Assembly: GCF_000281045.1 (NCBI RefSeq)
Contig: NW_008246142.1
Span: 86,683 to 106,682 of the forward strand
DNA from: Saprolegnia diclina VS20
Lineage: Eukaryota
DNA: 20,000 bases
Direction: 5' to 3'
In this document: one piece after another, positions 1-8,486 of the stretch
How the letters are laid out: each line of letters opens with the position of its first letter
Position numbering within the stretch: position 1 is the first letter of the stretch
Notes under the pieces: model-generated
What the model was told of the DNA's origin: nothing
Databases searched by the model: none
Seen by the model: only the letters and a program-made list of their open reading frames with translations
Made by a program: the position numbers and the translations under genes

Positions 1-375
1 TACAAGAACGTCGAGTTTACCGCGTGGGACATTGGCGGCCAAGACAAGCTGCGCGCGCTTTGGAAGTACTATTACCAGAACACAGACGCCATCATTTTCG
101 TTGTCGACGCCACCGACCGCCATCGGATCGATATTGCCGCCCACGAGCTCGCGCGCTTGCTGCAAGAAGACGAGCTTTGCTATGCAAAGCTACTCGTGTT
201 TGCCAACAAGCAAGACTTGCCGGGCGCCATGTCGGCCGGGGACGTTGCCCGCCACTTGAAGCTGGACCAAGTGACCAAGAACCCGACGCTCGTACAGCCG
301 TGCTCGGCTGTAGGCGGCACGGGGCTCTACGAAGGCCTCGACTGGCTCAGCAAGGTGCTGACCGAGCGCCACTAG
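1..375 (+). CDS. ADP-ribosylation factor (Arf/Arl) family GTPase, 5'-truncated by the window edge
   Basis: Frame 1 from base 1 reads YKNVEFTAWDIGGQDKLRALWKYYYQNTDAIIFVVDATD...LLVFANKQDLPGAMS...[26 protein letters not shown]. It has the G3 WDxGGQ, G4 NKQD and G5 CSA motifs and the Arf C-terminal GLYEGLDWL. Confidence 0.93.
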   Translation, partial: YKNVEFTAWDIGGQDKLRALWKYYYQNTDAIIFVVDATDRHRIDIAAHELARLLQEDELCYAKLLVFANKQDLPGAMSAGDVARHLKLDQVTKNPTLVQPCSAVGGTGLYEGLDWLSKVLTERH

Positions 376-1497
376 AATCCACTGGCATCGATCCTCCTCA
401 ATGCTAGCTAGGTATTAGTGTATCCCAAATGTATTTTACGACAAGCATTTTGATTGGGTCGGTATGGGCGAGGACGTATGTTGTTCGTCCAAGGTGATAT
501 GTACAACTTGTATGCACGTAGCGTGGGTGTTGAAGAAAAACCACTTCCGTGGACAGCGCCATCGAAGGCGCCTTGAAGCTGTATGTATGCTGTGGCCATG
601 GACGGGCTCAAAGAGGCGGGTTGCCACGTGGGATCGACGCAACGGTGTGGATTGGTCGCCTGAAAAATAGAAGCGCCAATCAAACGCGTTGGTTTAAGCA
701 CGACGCGGCATGATTGGATACTGGAAGATCGCCCGCCAAACGAGGCCAACAAAAGGCTCCCAAAGCGCGGCCCCCGGCACCACGGCCGTCGATATCGAAG
801 CGCCGCCGTTTTATTCGAACGCGGAGACGACAACAAAGCCGCGGTCGCCAGCGCTGGCGAACGCTGTCGTGGCCAACAAGCGTTTCTAGAACGAGCGACT
901 TGAACCGCCCGCGCGAGATGGCGGATCGCTTTGAACCATCATTCTTGCCACATGAATTAGATCGCGCCGCAGAGATTATACGACTTGCTTGGACATGTCT
1001 ATGTTCGCCAGGGACCTTCATTGAAAACCAGCATCCACATTCGAGCCCGAAATCAAACTGCGGTTCTTACGGCTTGTTTTTGGTCGACTTGATACCACAG
1101 CTTATTCTCGATCAGTAATCACCTCTTACCTGTCAAGCCTCTTCCGCCCCACGCTCTACTGTACCCAGCAGCAGCATGCGCCTTCATGCGCTTTGCCGAG
1201 CATGTACTCGTGGGCCAATATCGCCCTCCGCCATCGACAAGCAAGACGTGCGGCGCGAAAGGGCGTGTTCGATTTTTTATCCGGTTCTTGGTGGTTTCGT
1301 ATCCGGTCAAAACGAAACCGATCCGGGGCCGTATTAAAATACGACGGTAGGGATACATATCGCAAGTGAACATTAATTTGTATTGTAGTCCGGCCCGCGG
1401 TGTCGAGGCTGTTTCGAAATATGCTCCTATCGGTCCGGTCGATCGATCACATTGCAATCGTCGACCGACCCAGCAAGCCGCTCTCAGATCTTATAGC

Positions 1498-2076
1498 ATG
1501 GGCAACATCGCAAACAAGTGCAAGACCAAGACGTCGTGCGTCCGGCGGCTCCGCATGCTCTGCGACCGGCTCGCGTGGCGGGAGACGCCCCGCAAGATCT
1601 ACATGGTCGGCCTCTCGAACGCCGGCAAGACGTCCATCTTGTACCAGTACAAGTTCAACGAGGCGACGACGACCGTGCCAACGATCGGCTTTAACGTCGA
1701 GTCGTTCAGCTACAAGACCATCTCGTTCACGGCATGGGACTTTAGCGGCCGCGAGCAGCTGCGGCCGTTGTGGCGCTACTACTTTGACGACACGGCAGCC
1801 GTCATCTTTGTCGTCGACTCGGCCAGCACCGTGCTCATGCAGGAAGCCGCCGAGGTGCTTCATGGCCTTCTCAAGGTGCACGAGCTCAAGGACGTGCCGT
1901 TCCTCGTGTACGTCAACAAGCAAGACATCCCGACGTGCATGAGCGTCGACGAGGTCGCCGAGGCACTCCAGCTCAACAACATCATCTCGCACGACGTGCA
2001 AGTGCAAGGTTGCTGCGCACAGACCGGCGATGGTCTCTATGAAGGCCTCGACTGGCTTTGCAAGTCCATCCGCTAG
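1498..2076 (+). CDS. Divergent Arf-family GTPase (192 aa), tandem paralog of the gene at 1-375
   Basis: ATG at 1498 gives MGN (possible Gly2 myristoylation). Motifs: P-loop GLSNAGKT, switch I PTIGFNVE, variant G3 WDFSGRE, NKQD, CCA and GLYEGLDWL. No intron is needed. Confidence 0.92.
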   Translation: MGNIANKCKTKTSCVRRLRMLCDRLAWRETPRKIYMVGLSNAGKTSILYQYKFNEATTTVPTIGFNVESFSYKTISFTAWDFSGREQLRPLWRYYFDDTAAVIFVVDSASTVLMQEAAEVLHGLLKVHELKDVPFLVYVNKQDIPTCMSVDEVAEALQLNNIISHDVQVQGCCAQTGDGLYEGLDWLCKSIR

Positions 2077-2626
2077 GCCCACCCTCCATGTCGTCCTCCT
2101 ATCTTTGCTCCTTAGACCTCCTTCATACTCGTCGTTTCTCGATCTATCTATTCAATTCCATGTGCTAGTATCGCGTGTTTGCTTGCTTGCATGCGTACGA
2201 TCTTGCCGCTTGCGTCTCAGCCGGAGATCGTGAATCCCTGCTTTGATGCAGTTGCCGGCTCGGAGCAGCCTCAACCTCGCCGGGCAGAATATAGGATCGC
2301 ACCCGTACCTACTGGATGCCAAAAGCATCGCCGTCGGTGCAAGCATACTCGCCCATCTACTGGTGGCATGACGTTCATTGCTGTCGTCCAGCTGGCGGTG
2401 GGCAGCCGGGCGCCGCTACACCGCAGCTGCGCTTGAAGCCCATGTCAATGAAGTCGGGTATCGAACTTCGAAGGTTCCGATTAAGTGCGTATAAAAAGAC
2501 CAACAAATATGCTACATAGAAACACCAAGTGTGGATTAAAAAAACGTGGCGTTCCAAATTCGAAGCGACGGAAGTTGGGGCTTTTTGTCTGGCCGTCCTT
2601 ATTCCCCAAGTCATCGTCGCAGCAGC

Positions 2627-2992
2627 ATGGAGTACCGCAAGTCGAAGCACACGATCATCCTCGTGCAGTACACGGAGGACCCGAACTCGCGCACGTACCT
2701 CGACTTCGAGTCCGTCAACGGCGCCATGGACGGCGTCGTCAAGATGTACGAAGCCAAGCTCAAGCAGCTCAACCCGTCGAAGCGCAACATCACGTACGAC
2801 ATCCAGGACTTGTACAACTACATTGACTCGCTCGCCGACCTGAGCACGCTCGTGTACGCTTATCGCTACGGTATCCCGTGGCCTCATGACGTGTATGCTA
2901 GGCTGGACCTCGAGACAAAGACGTATCTTCCGAGCGGGAAGGAGTGGATCAAGAAGAAGATCTTCCAAGTCCTGCGGAATCAAGCCTCGTAG
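2627..2992 (+). CDS. ERH: Enhancer of rudimentary homolog (105 aa, 2 exons)
   Basis: Exons 2627-2853 and 2902-2992; intron 2854-2901 (GTACGC...CTAG, 48 nt). The spliced protein HTIILVQ...SRTYLDFESV...YEAKLKQLNPSKRNITYDIQDLYNYIDSLADLSTLVLDLETKTYLPSGKEWIKKKIFQVLR matches ERH motifs and spacing. Confidence 0.93.
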   Translation: MEYRKSKHTIILVQYTEDPNSRTYLDFESVNGAMDGVVKMYEAKLKQLNPSKRNITYDIQDLYNYIDSLADLSTLVYAYRYGIPWPHDVYARLDLETKTYLPSGKEWIKKKIFQVLRNQAS

Positions 2993-3052
2993 ACGTGCGT
3001 GACGAGCATTTTTGTCCCCTTATAACCTAACAAGCACGCACTCAACTCTCTG

Positions 3053-3253
3053 TCATGGCGCGACGAGCTGGCGGCGTGCTGCCGCGTAGATGTGGTGCAT
3101 CTGCACCGCAATCATGCCAAGCAGAACAAGTTGCACAAACGCGCGCTTGGAGGGCCGAAGCAGCGTGAGGCCGACGGCGCTAGCGAGGAGGAGGAGCAGC
3201 CATCGTCCTGCAAGCTGGCTGGACGGCGCGGTCCATGGGGTCGAGTCCATCAT
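3053..3253 (-). CDS. Hypothetical small membrane protein (65-66 aa, two hydrophobic segments)
   Basis: ATG-initiated ORF with WLLLLLASAVGLTLL and AFVQLVLLGMIAV separated by basic RPSKR. It is GC-rich, lies next to the AT-rich spacer at 3290-3460 and is divergent from Elongin C. No family recognised. Confidence 0.45.
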   Translation of the reverse strand: MMDSTPWTAPSSQLAGRWLLLLLASAVGLTLLRPSKRAFVQLVLLGMIAVQMHHIYAAARRQLVAP

Positions 3254-3473
3254 CGGCCAGTACTTGTCCGAGAGAAATTGCCGCCTTTTGGCTTCATCTC
3301 GGAAAAGGCGCCTTCGAAATTATTTTCCATGCGACTTGTATTATTTCTCTCACATTTAAAGATACATATGTTGGCGTACATCTTTGCGTGAAAAGAAAAA
3401 AAACGCAGACTCCATTGCAAAGTGGAATAAAATGAAAACCATCGAAATTGCCAAATCTTCTTGAACGGACAGC

Positions 3474-3785
3474 ATGGCCGACGCCGAGGCCGCGCCGCCG
3501 TCCGAGTACGTCAAGCTCATTAGCGCCGAGGGCCACGAGTTCTACGTCGCGCGCAAGTGCGCGCTCGTGTCCGGTACGATCAAGGCGATGCTCTCGGGCC
3601 ACTTTAGCGAGAGCAAGGGCGAGGTGCGCTTCCCAGACATTGGCGCGCCGATCCTCGAAAAGGTCATCCAGTACATGTACTACAAGAAGCGCTACTCGAA
3701 CAGCAATGCGCGCATTCCGGACTTTGCGATCGAGCCCGAGATGGCGCTCGAGCTCCTCATGGCGGCCAACTACTTGGACTGCTAA
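3474..3785 (+). CDS. ELOC: Elongin C (Skp1/BTB-fold cullin-RING ligase adaptor), 103 aa
   Basis: [12 protein letters not shown]...[16 protein letters not shown]...EVRF...[15 protein letters not shown]...[22 protein letters not shown] matches the Elongin C signature end to end. Intronless. Confidence 0.96.
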   Translation: MADAEAAPPSEYVKLISAEGHEFYVARKCALVSGTIKAMLSGHFSESKGEVRFPDIGAPILEKVIQYMYYKKRYSNSNARIPDFAIEPEMALELLMAANYLDC

Positions 3786-3838
3786 GTACACCTTCAATCC
3801 TCATCCTCTGCATCGTTCGTCTACCGCGCGTGTTGTCG

Positions 3839-4525
3839 TCACACGACCTTCTTCGCACTCGTCTCGTGGTCGCAGAGCCGCATAAAGTGAGCGGTTTGTC
3901 GGCGGATCGAGGCGCGGCAGGCGTAGTACGCATGGTACATTTGCGCGCAAAGGAAGAGCAGGTGCAGCACCGCGAGCATCTAGCACGCACGTCGACCCTC
4001 GCCGCCATCAACAGTACCATATACCTCGTCAAATGGCAGGCTGTGCTCGGTGCCGAACGCCAAAAAGAGCGCGCAGGGCACTTGCGGTACGACGCTGAGA
4101 AAGGTAAAGCCCACGAGATGCGGTACCTGCGACGCACGGTTAGCAGCCACAGCGATAACAGATCTACGACCTTTTCCAGGAGATTTCCGCTGTAGCCCAA
4201 GTAGAGACGCATGCCGTCGGTGGGCAGGTAGATGCACACGCAGCAGATCTCGGCATACTTGCGTATCGTCGACGCATACGTGAGCTCCCGCATCTACCTC
4301 GCAGCAGTGATAGCATTGGCATGTACATGGGGACGTGGGGTACTACCTTGTGATAAAAGACAGCGATCCAGATGGGGGAGGTGAAGGCGTCAAAGATCAC
4401 GTTGTAGTAGAGCAGCATCTGCAGCGGCAAGTTGATGCCGACCTCGGCTTGCTGCACTAATGGTCGCGCAGTCGCACGCGTCGCCTCGCAAGCTCTCACG
4501 TACCAATATCGCTGCGGTGATCCAT
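3839..4525 (-). CDS. TMEM17: TMEM17-family ciliary transition-zone membrane protein (165 aa, 5 exons)
   Basis: Exons (minus) 4525-4504, 4456-4347, 4293-4171, 4126-4025, 3979-3839; GT-AG introns of 47, 53, 44 and 45 nt, all keeping frame. Protein: MDHRSDIVQQAEVGINLPLQMLLYYN...RLYLGYSGNLLEKVPHLVGFTFLS...LPFDEMLAVLHLLFL. The LQM.LY.N and RLYLGY.GNL.EKVP.L.GF motifs are typical of the TMEM17/TMEM216 family and closer to TMEM17. Confidence 0.85.
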
Positions 4526-4577
4526 TGTACTGTACGGGCCATATAAGATCCAAACGCAAAACGGCTAGTGAAGCGAC

Positions 4578-5413
4578 ATGTCGGGCTTGCGGAGCATGGA
4601 GACGACGCATACGAGCACGGTAGGCGCTTCCGCTGCCGTACGATAAGACGTAGAGCGGACGTGGCAGGTGGTGCTGCGCTGCAAGGCCGTCGTTGTGGGC
4701 GACGCAGGTGTCGGCAAGACAGCGCTGCTTCAAACGCTCAAGTCGAGCGGCCACGAGTACCCAAAGAACTACACCATGGTGCGCCATCCTGCCGCGAGTA
4801 CGTGGCCCGAGTGGTGCATGGTAATAGACGTCGTCGCCCGAGCTCGTTGTCAAGTCGATTCCGATGCCCGAGACGAATGCGATTGTCGAGCTCTACTTGC
4901 TCGACTGTCCGGGCCAGAGCATCTTCAACCAGCGCGAGTTTGGCTCGATGCATGTCCGTACGTCGCCACAAAGGCTGGTGCTCCACCTCTAGCGCTAGTT
5001 TGAGGGCGCGTGCATGATCGTGCTTGTCTTTGACGTCAACAGCAAAGAGTCGTTCAAGTCGTGCATGAAATGGTACCAGGATGTCGCAAACCCGGCGCCC
5101 AACCACCAGATTTCTGGTACGCTCAAAATGTGGTCCGATACTGAGCTTTGGTGCAGGCGTTCTTATTGGCAACAAGGTGGACGAGAAGGAAGGCAACCGC
5201 GACGCCATCTTGGTCAAGGAAGCCGAAGACTTTGCCGAGCAACACAACCTCAAGTACTTCGAGTGCTCGGCGGTACGCACTGTTGTCGTCCTGCCGGTGG
5301 ACTACCATGCGTGCTAGCGCCTCGGCACCAATATTGACGCGCCTTTTGTGCATATGGCCTCGGCCTTTAAGAAAAAGTACGACGACCTCGCCGAGCGCGC
5401 TGAAAACAACTAG
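4578..5413 (+). CDS. IFT27: Intraflagellar transport protein 27 (Rab-like 4 GTPase), 6 exons, 196-202 aa
   Basis: Start ATG 4578 or in-frame 4596. Exons ..-4619, 4668-4778, 4828-4953, 4999-5116, 5157-5272, 5318-5413; introns 48, 49, 45, 40 and 45 nt. Protein LRCKAVVVGDAGVGKTAL...YPKNYTMTSSPELVVKSIPMPETNAIVELYLLDCPGQ...LVFDVNSKESF...GVLIGNKVD...YFECSA...IDAPF...AFKKKYDD. The KNY.MT switch I region and the absence of C-terminal prenylation cysteines fit IFT27/RABL4. Confidence 0.88.
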
Positions 5414-5902
5414 ACCACGCTCTCTAGTCACTTGCACTTACGACTGAAATCTCATTCATATTCCAATGAGCTGTTATTGGCTTGCACAGTTTAGTCGTCC
5501 ACGCAACTACTACTTGTGAACGACGTATCGAGGTCGTAGTAGCGGACCTCGGCCAAGTAGCAGTGGGCTGCCAACGAAGCGATGCAGGTCGTCGTCGATA
5601 GACCATCATTCTCTCTGCTCGTCGCGTGCTTCGAAGCGCCCTTGTTGTCCCGTTGGAGCACTTGGGTCATTGTGTACAATATTGTCTTTTAACCTTTAAT
5701 GGAACAGCTATTGGTCGCGCGACTCACTCGGGCGACGACTCGGGCGTGCGTGGGCGGTGTGTTTTGAGTTTTCCGCGTCCAATCGCGGGTTTTGAGTTGA
5801 GTTTGAGGGAATGGGGCATGCGGTTTAAAAATTCGGGTTGTATATGATATATTGTAGGGCACATTAAATATTGAATAAAAGCACGGCCGGCGCTGCGTGG
5901 CG

Positions 5903-5917
5903 GCCATTTTATTTCAG
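5903..5917 (+). promoter_or_regulatory. Possible initiator (INR) element of NEDD8
   Basis: GCCATTTTATTTCAG about 45 nt upstream of ATG 5948 contains YCATTYY. An AT-rich tract (5840-5880) and ATTGG/CCAAT motifs (5711, 5779) lie upstream. The FPR half matches poorly. Confidence 0.3.
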
Positions 5918-5947
5918 CGACGGAAGGAGAGACAACAGGAACCGACC

Positions 5948-6459
5948 ATGCAGATCCAGATCAAGGTAGAGCCGATGATGCTTGGACGACGAGGAACTCA
6001 TGGAGATGCATCATGCTATGTAGACGCTCACCGGCCGCAAGGTAGATGCGCTTCCTCGCCCATGTAGGCGCTGGCCATGGACCTCATGCGGGACCACTTC
6101 GTAGCAAACGTTCAACTTTGAGCCCGACAACACGGTAGAGATGCATGCAAGCCAAGGTAGATGGAGATGAACAACATGGAATGTAGATCCTGCACGTCAA
6201 GCAGGCTCTCCAGGAGAAGGAAGGTATCCAGGTCGATCAGATCCGGTACGTTGCCGGCCCCATGCCAGACGCATGCTGACTGAGGGATCGATGGCTAGGT
6301 TGATTTACAGCGGCAAGCAGCTGTACGCCCTTCAGCCCCAAGGATGATGGCGGGACGCTCATACCCTCGATTAGGGCTGATGACAAGACCCTCCAGGACT
6401 ACAACGTTGCGGCCGGCGGTACCATCCACATGGTGTTGCAGCTTCGTGGCGGCTGCTAA
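5948..6459 (+). CDS. NEDD8: NEDD8/Rub1 ubiquitin-like protein precursor (77 aa, 6 exons); absent from the ORF track
   Basis: Exons 5948-5965, 6024-6041, 6105-6134, 6187-6245, 6299-6322, 6375-6459; introns 58, 63, 52, 53 and 52 nt. Spliced protein MQIQIKTLTGRKQTFNFEPDNTILHVKQALQEKEGIQVDQIRLIYSGKQLADDKTLQDYNVAAGGTIHMVLQLRGGC, with di-Gly at 75-76. EKEGI and RLIYSGKQ are NEDD8-like, and it is too divergent to be ubiquitin. Confidence 0.9.
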
Positions 6460-6581
6460 GTCTGCTGCCATCGAGCCGCCGATGGACGACGACGACACAG
6501 ATTAGCCAGCAAGCGCCATGTCATTTCGTTCTTAACACGTGATTGCCTCGTTACTACATAGTACGGTCGGAACGTTGGCTG

Positions 6582-7666
6582 TCATTGCGTCTGCTGCGCT
6601 GCCTTTTCGAGCTGCGCCTTGATCAACGGGTCGAGCTCGCCCTTTTGCGCGAGGATCTGAAGCAGCTTGATCACGAACGGGATGTAGTTGTGCTTGCGGC
6701 GCGCGTTCTCGTGCTTCCAGTTGGCGCGCTTCTGCTCCTCGCCCACGATGCACTGCTGCCACGACTGCAGCTGCGCCGCCACATGGGGCGTCTGGTCTTG
6801 CTCGAGAAGCTCCGCAATGTGGTGCTGGGCGACTTGCAGGCGGTTGCGGACAAGCGCGAGGAGGTTGAAGCGAATCTCGGACGACGCGTACTTTTCGATG
6901 CGGCGCTGGATCACGGGCGTCGCGACATCGAGCCACGAGAGACCGGGAAGACCGCCCTACGACCATGCGCTCAGTCGTGACGGGTCATGCAGTCAGCGTA
7001 CCGTCGCGATCGGCCCCAAGCTCACGGGCCCCGGCGCGAGGCCATCGAGCTCATACACTTGGCCTTGGAACGGGACGTACGCGACAAAGTGGTAGACCTC
7101 GTCCGAGTCCTTGGCCGACGGCTTCTCGTCGTCCATGACAAACGGCTCGGCGCGTGCAAACGAGTTGTGCACCGTGCGGATCGTGTCGCTGTTGGAGATG
7201 GCCAAGCCCTTGAGGTCCGACGGAAAGTCGCTCGTAAAGCCTTTAAACTCCTTGAGCGTATCGCCCATGTCCACGTTGGACGACGCTTCGAGGTTGAGCA
7301 AGATGGAGAGAATCGCTTGCGTCGCGCACGCGTTGCTAATGACCTGCTTGGCAAAGAAGAGGTCGGGATGCACGTGGCCGACCGATGGCGCCGACTCGGC
7401 GCGGTGGTTGGGCTCCCACTTGAAGAGAAAAATGAGGCCAAAGACCGGCGCGAGCTGCTGGAACTCGCTCTGGTCGAGCGAGTAGAGCTCCTCGACCTGG
7501 ACACCCTTGACGCCAATGTCTTCGATGAGCGAGGTAAAGACGCCTAGGACGCAGCACCATGAGCGCTTCGTCGTGACCATGATGCTCGTCGGCGCGGCCA
7601 CCACAGCCACCGCCGAGGCCATGAGACGCGTCTACCTGGGTCCGACTCGATCGTGCACCAACTCAT
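6582..7666 (-). CDS. UCHL5: Ubiquitin C-terminal hydrolase UCH37/UCHL5 (peptidase C12, 315 aa, 3 exons)
   Basis: Exons (minus) 7666-7636, 7543-7002, 6956-6582; introns 92 and 45 nt. Motifs: [37 protein letters not shown] (catalytic Cys), YHFVAY (His), YELDGL (Asp), EIRFNLLA and the C-terminal ULD motif [12 protein letters not shown]. Confidence 0.95.
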
Positions 7667-7675
7667 GCTGCTGGC

Positions 7676-8239
7676 NNNNNNNNNNNNNNNNNNNNNNNNN
7701 NNNNNNNNNNNNNNNNNNNNNNNNNNNNNNNNNNNNNNNNNNNNNNNNNNNNNNNNNNNNNNNNNNNNNNNNNNNNNNNNNNNNNNNNNNNNNNNNNNNN
7801 NNNNNNNNNNNNNNNNNNNNNNNNNNNNNNNNNNNNNNNNNNNNNNNNNNNNNNNNNNNNNNNNNNNNNNNNNNNNNNNNNNNNNNNNNNNNNNNNNNNN
7901 NNNNNNNNNNNNNNNNNNNNNNNNNNNNNNNNNNNNNNNNNNNNNNNNNNNNNNNNNNNNNNNNNNNNNNNNNNNNNNNNNNNNNNNNNNNNNNNNNNNN
8001 NNNNNNNNNNNNNNNNNNNNNNNNNNNNNNNNNNNNNNNNNNNNNNNNNNNNNNNNNNNNNNNNNNNNNNNNNNNNNNNNNNNNNNNNNNNNNNNNNNNN
8101 NNNNNNNNNNNNNNNNNNNNNNNNNNNNNNNNNNNNNNNNNNNNNNNNNNNNNNNNNNNNNNNNNNNNNNNNNNNNNNNNNNNNNNNNNNNNNNNNNNNN
8201 NNNNNNNNNNNNNNNNNNNNNNNNNNNNNNNNNNNNNNN
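7676..8239. other. Assembly gap (564 N)
   Basis: Run of N. It hides the promoter region between UCHL5 and the next gene. Confidence 1.
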
Positions 8240-8486
8240 CGCGGTCGGCGGCAAAGCTACGCAGTGTGTCAAGGTCCTCGAGACGCCAGCGACTGAGGCG
8301 GGGACCATCATTAGCTCATCCTCTATTACCCGAGTCTAGTGGGACTACCTGCCCACTGCTCTTACTGCTAGCACCTCATTCTTTGCGACAGTGTCGCGGT
8401 CGTTTGCTTGTCGAACATCAAATATCGCACGGGACCACTGCATCAAAGGTGCGTTTTGGCAGGCGTAAAAAGTACAAGTGAAACCG

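Noticed and set aside
845..860. Perfect 16-bp palindrome TCGCCAGCGCTGGCGA
   Set aside because: A single palindrome of this size is not unexpected in 20 kb of GC-rich DNA, and there is no supporting context.
376..1250. ORFs 408-836, 680-1021 and 714-1118 between the Arf genes
   Set aside because: Arg/Pro-rich translations with no motifs and no convincing splice model; treated as intergenic.
3053..3253. Assignment of the small TM ORF to OST5/TMEM258
   Set aside because: Size and hydrophobicity are similar, but the characteristic C-terminal GxYV motif is absent.
7544..7622. Alternative UCH37 N-terminus [13 protein letters not shown]... from the ORF track
   Set aside because: It lies inside intron 7544-7635. 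The conserved WCTIESDPG start is encoded by exon 7666-7636.
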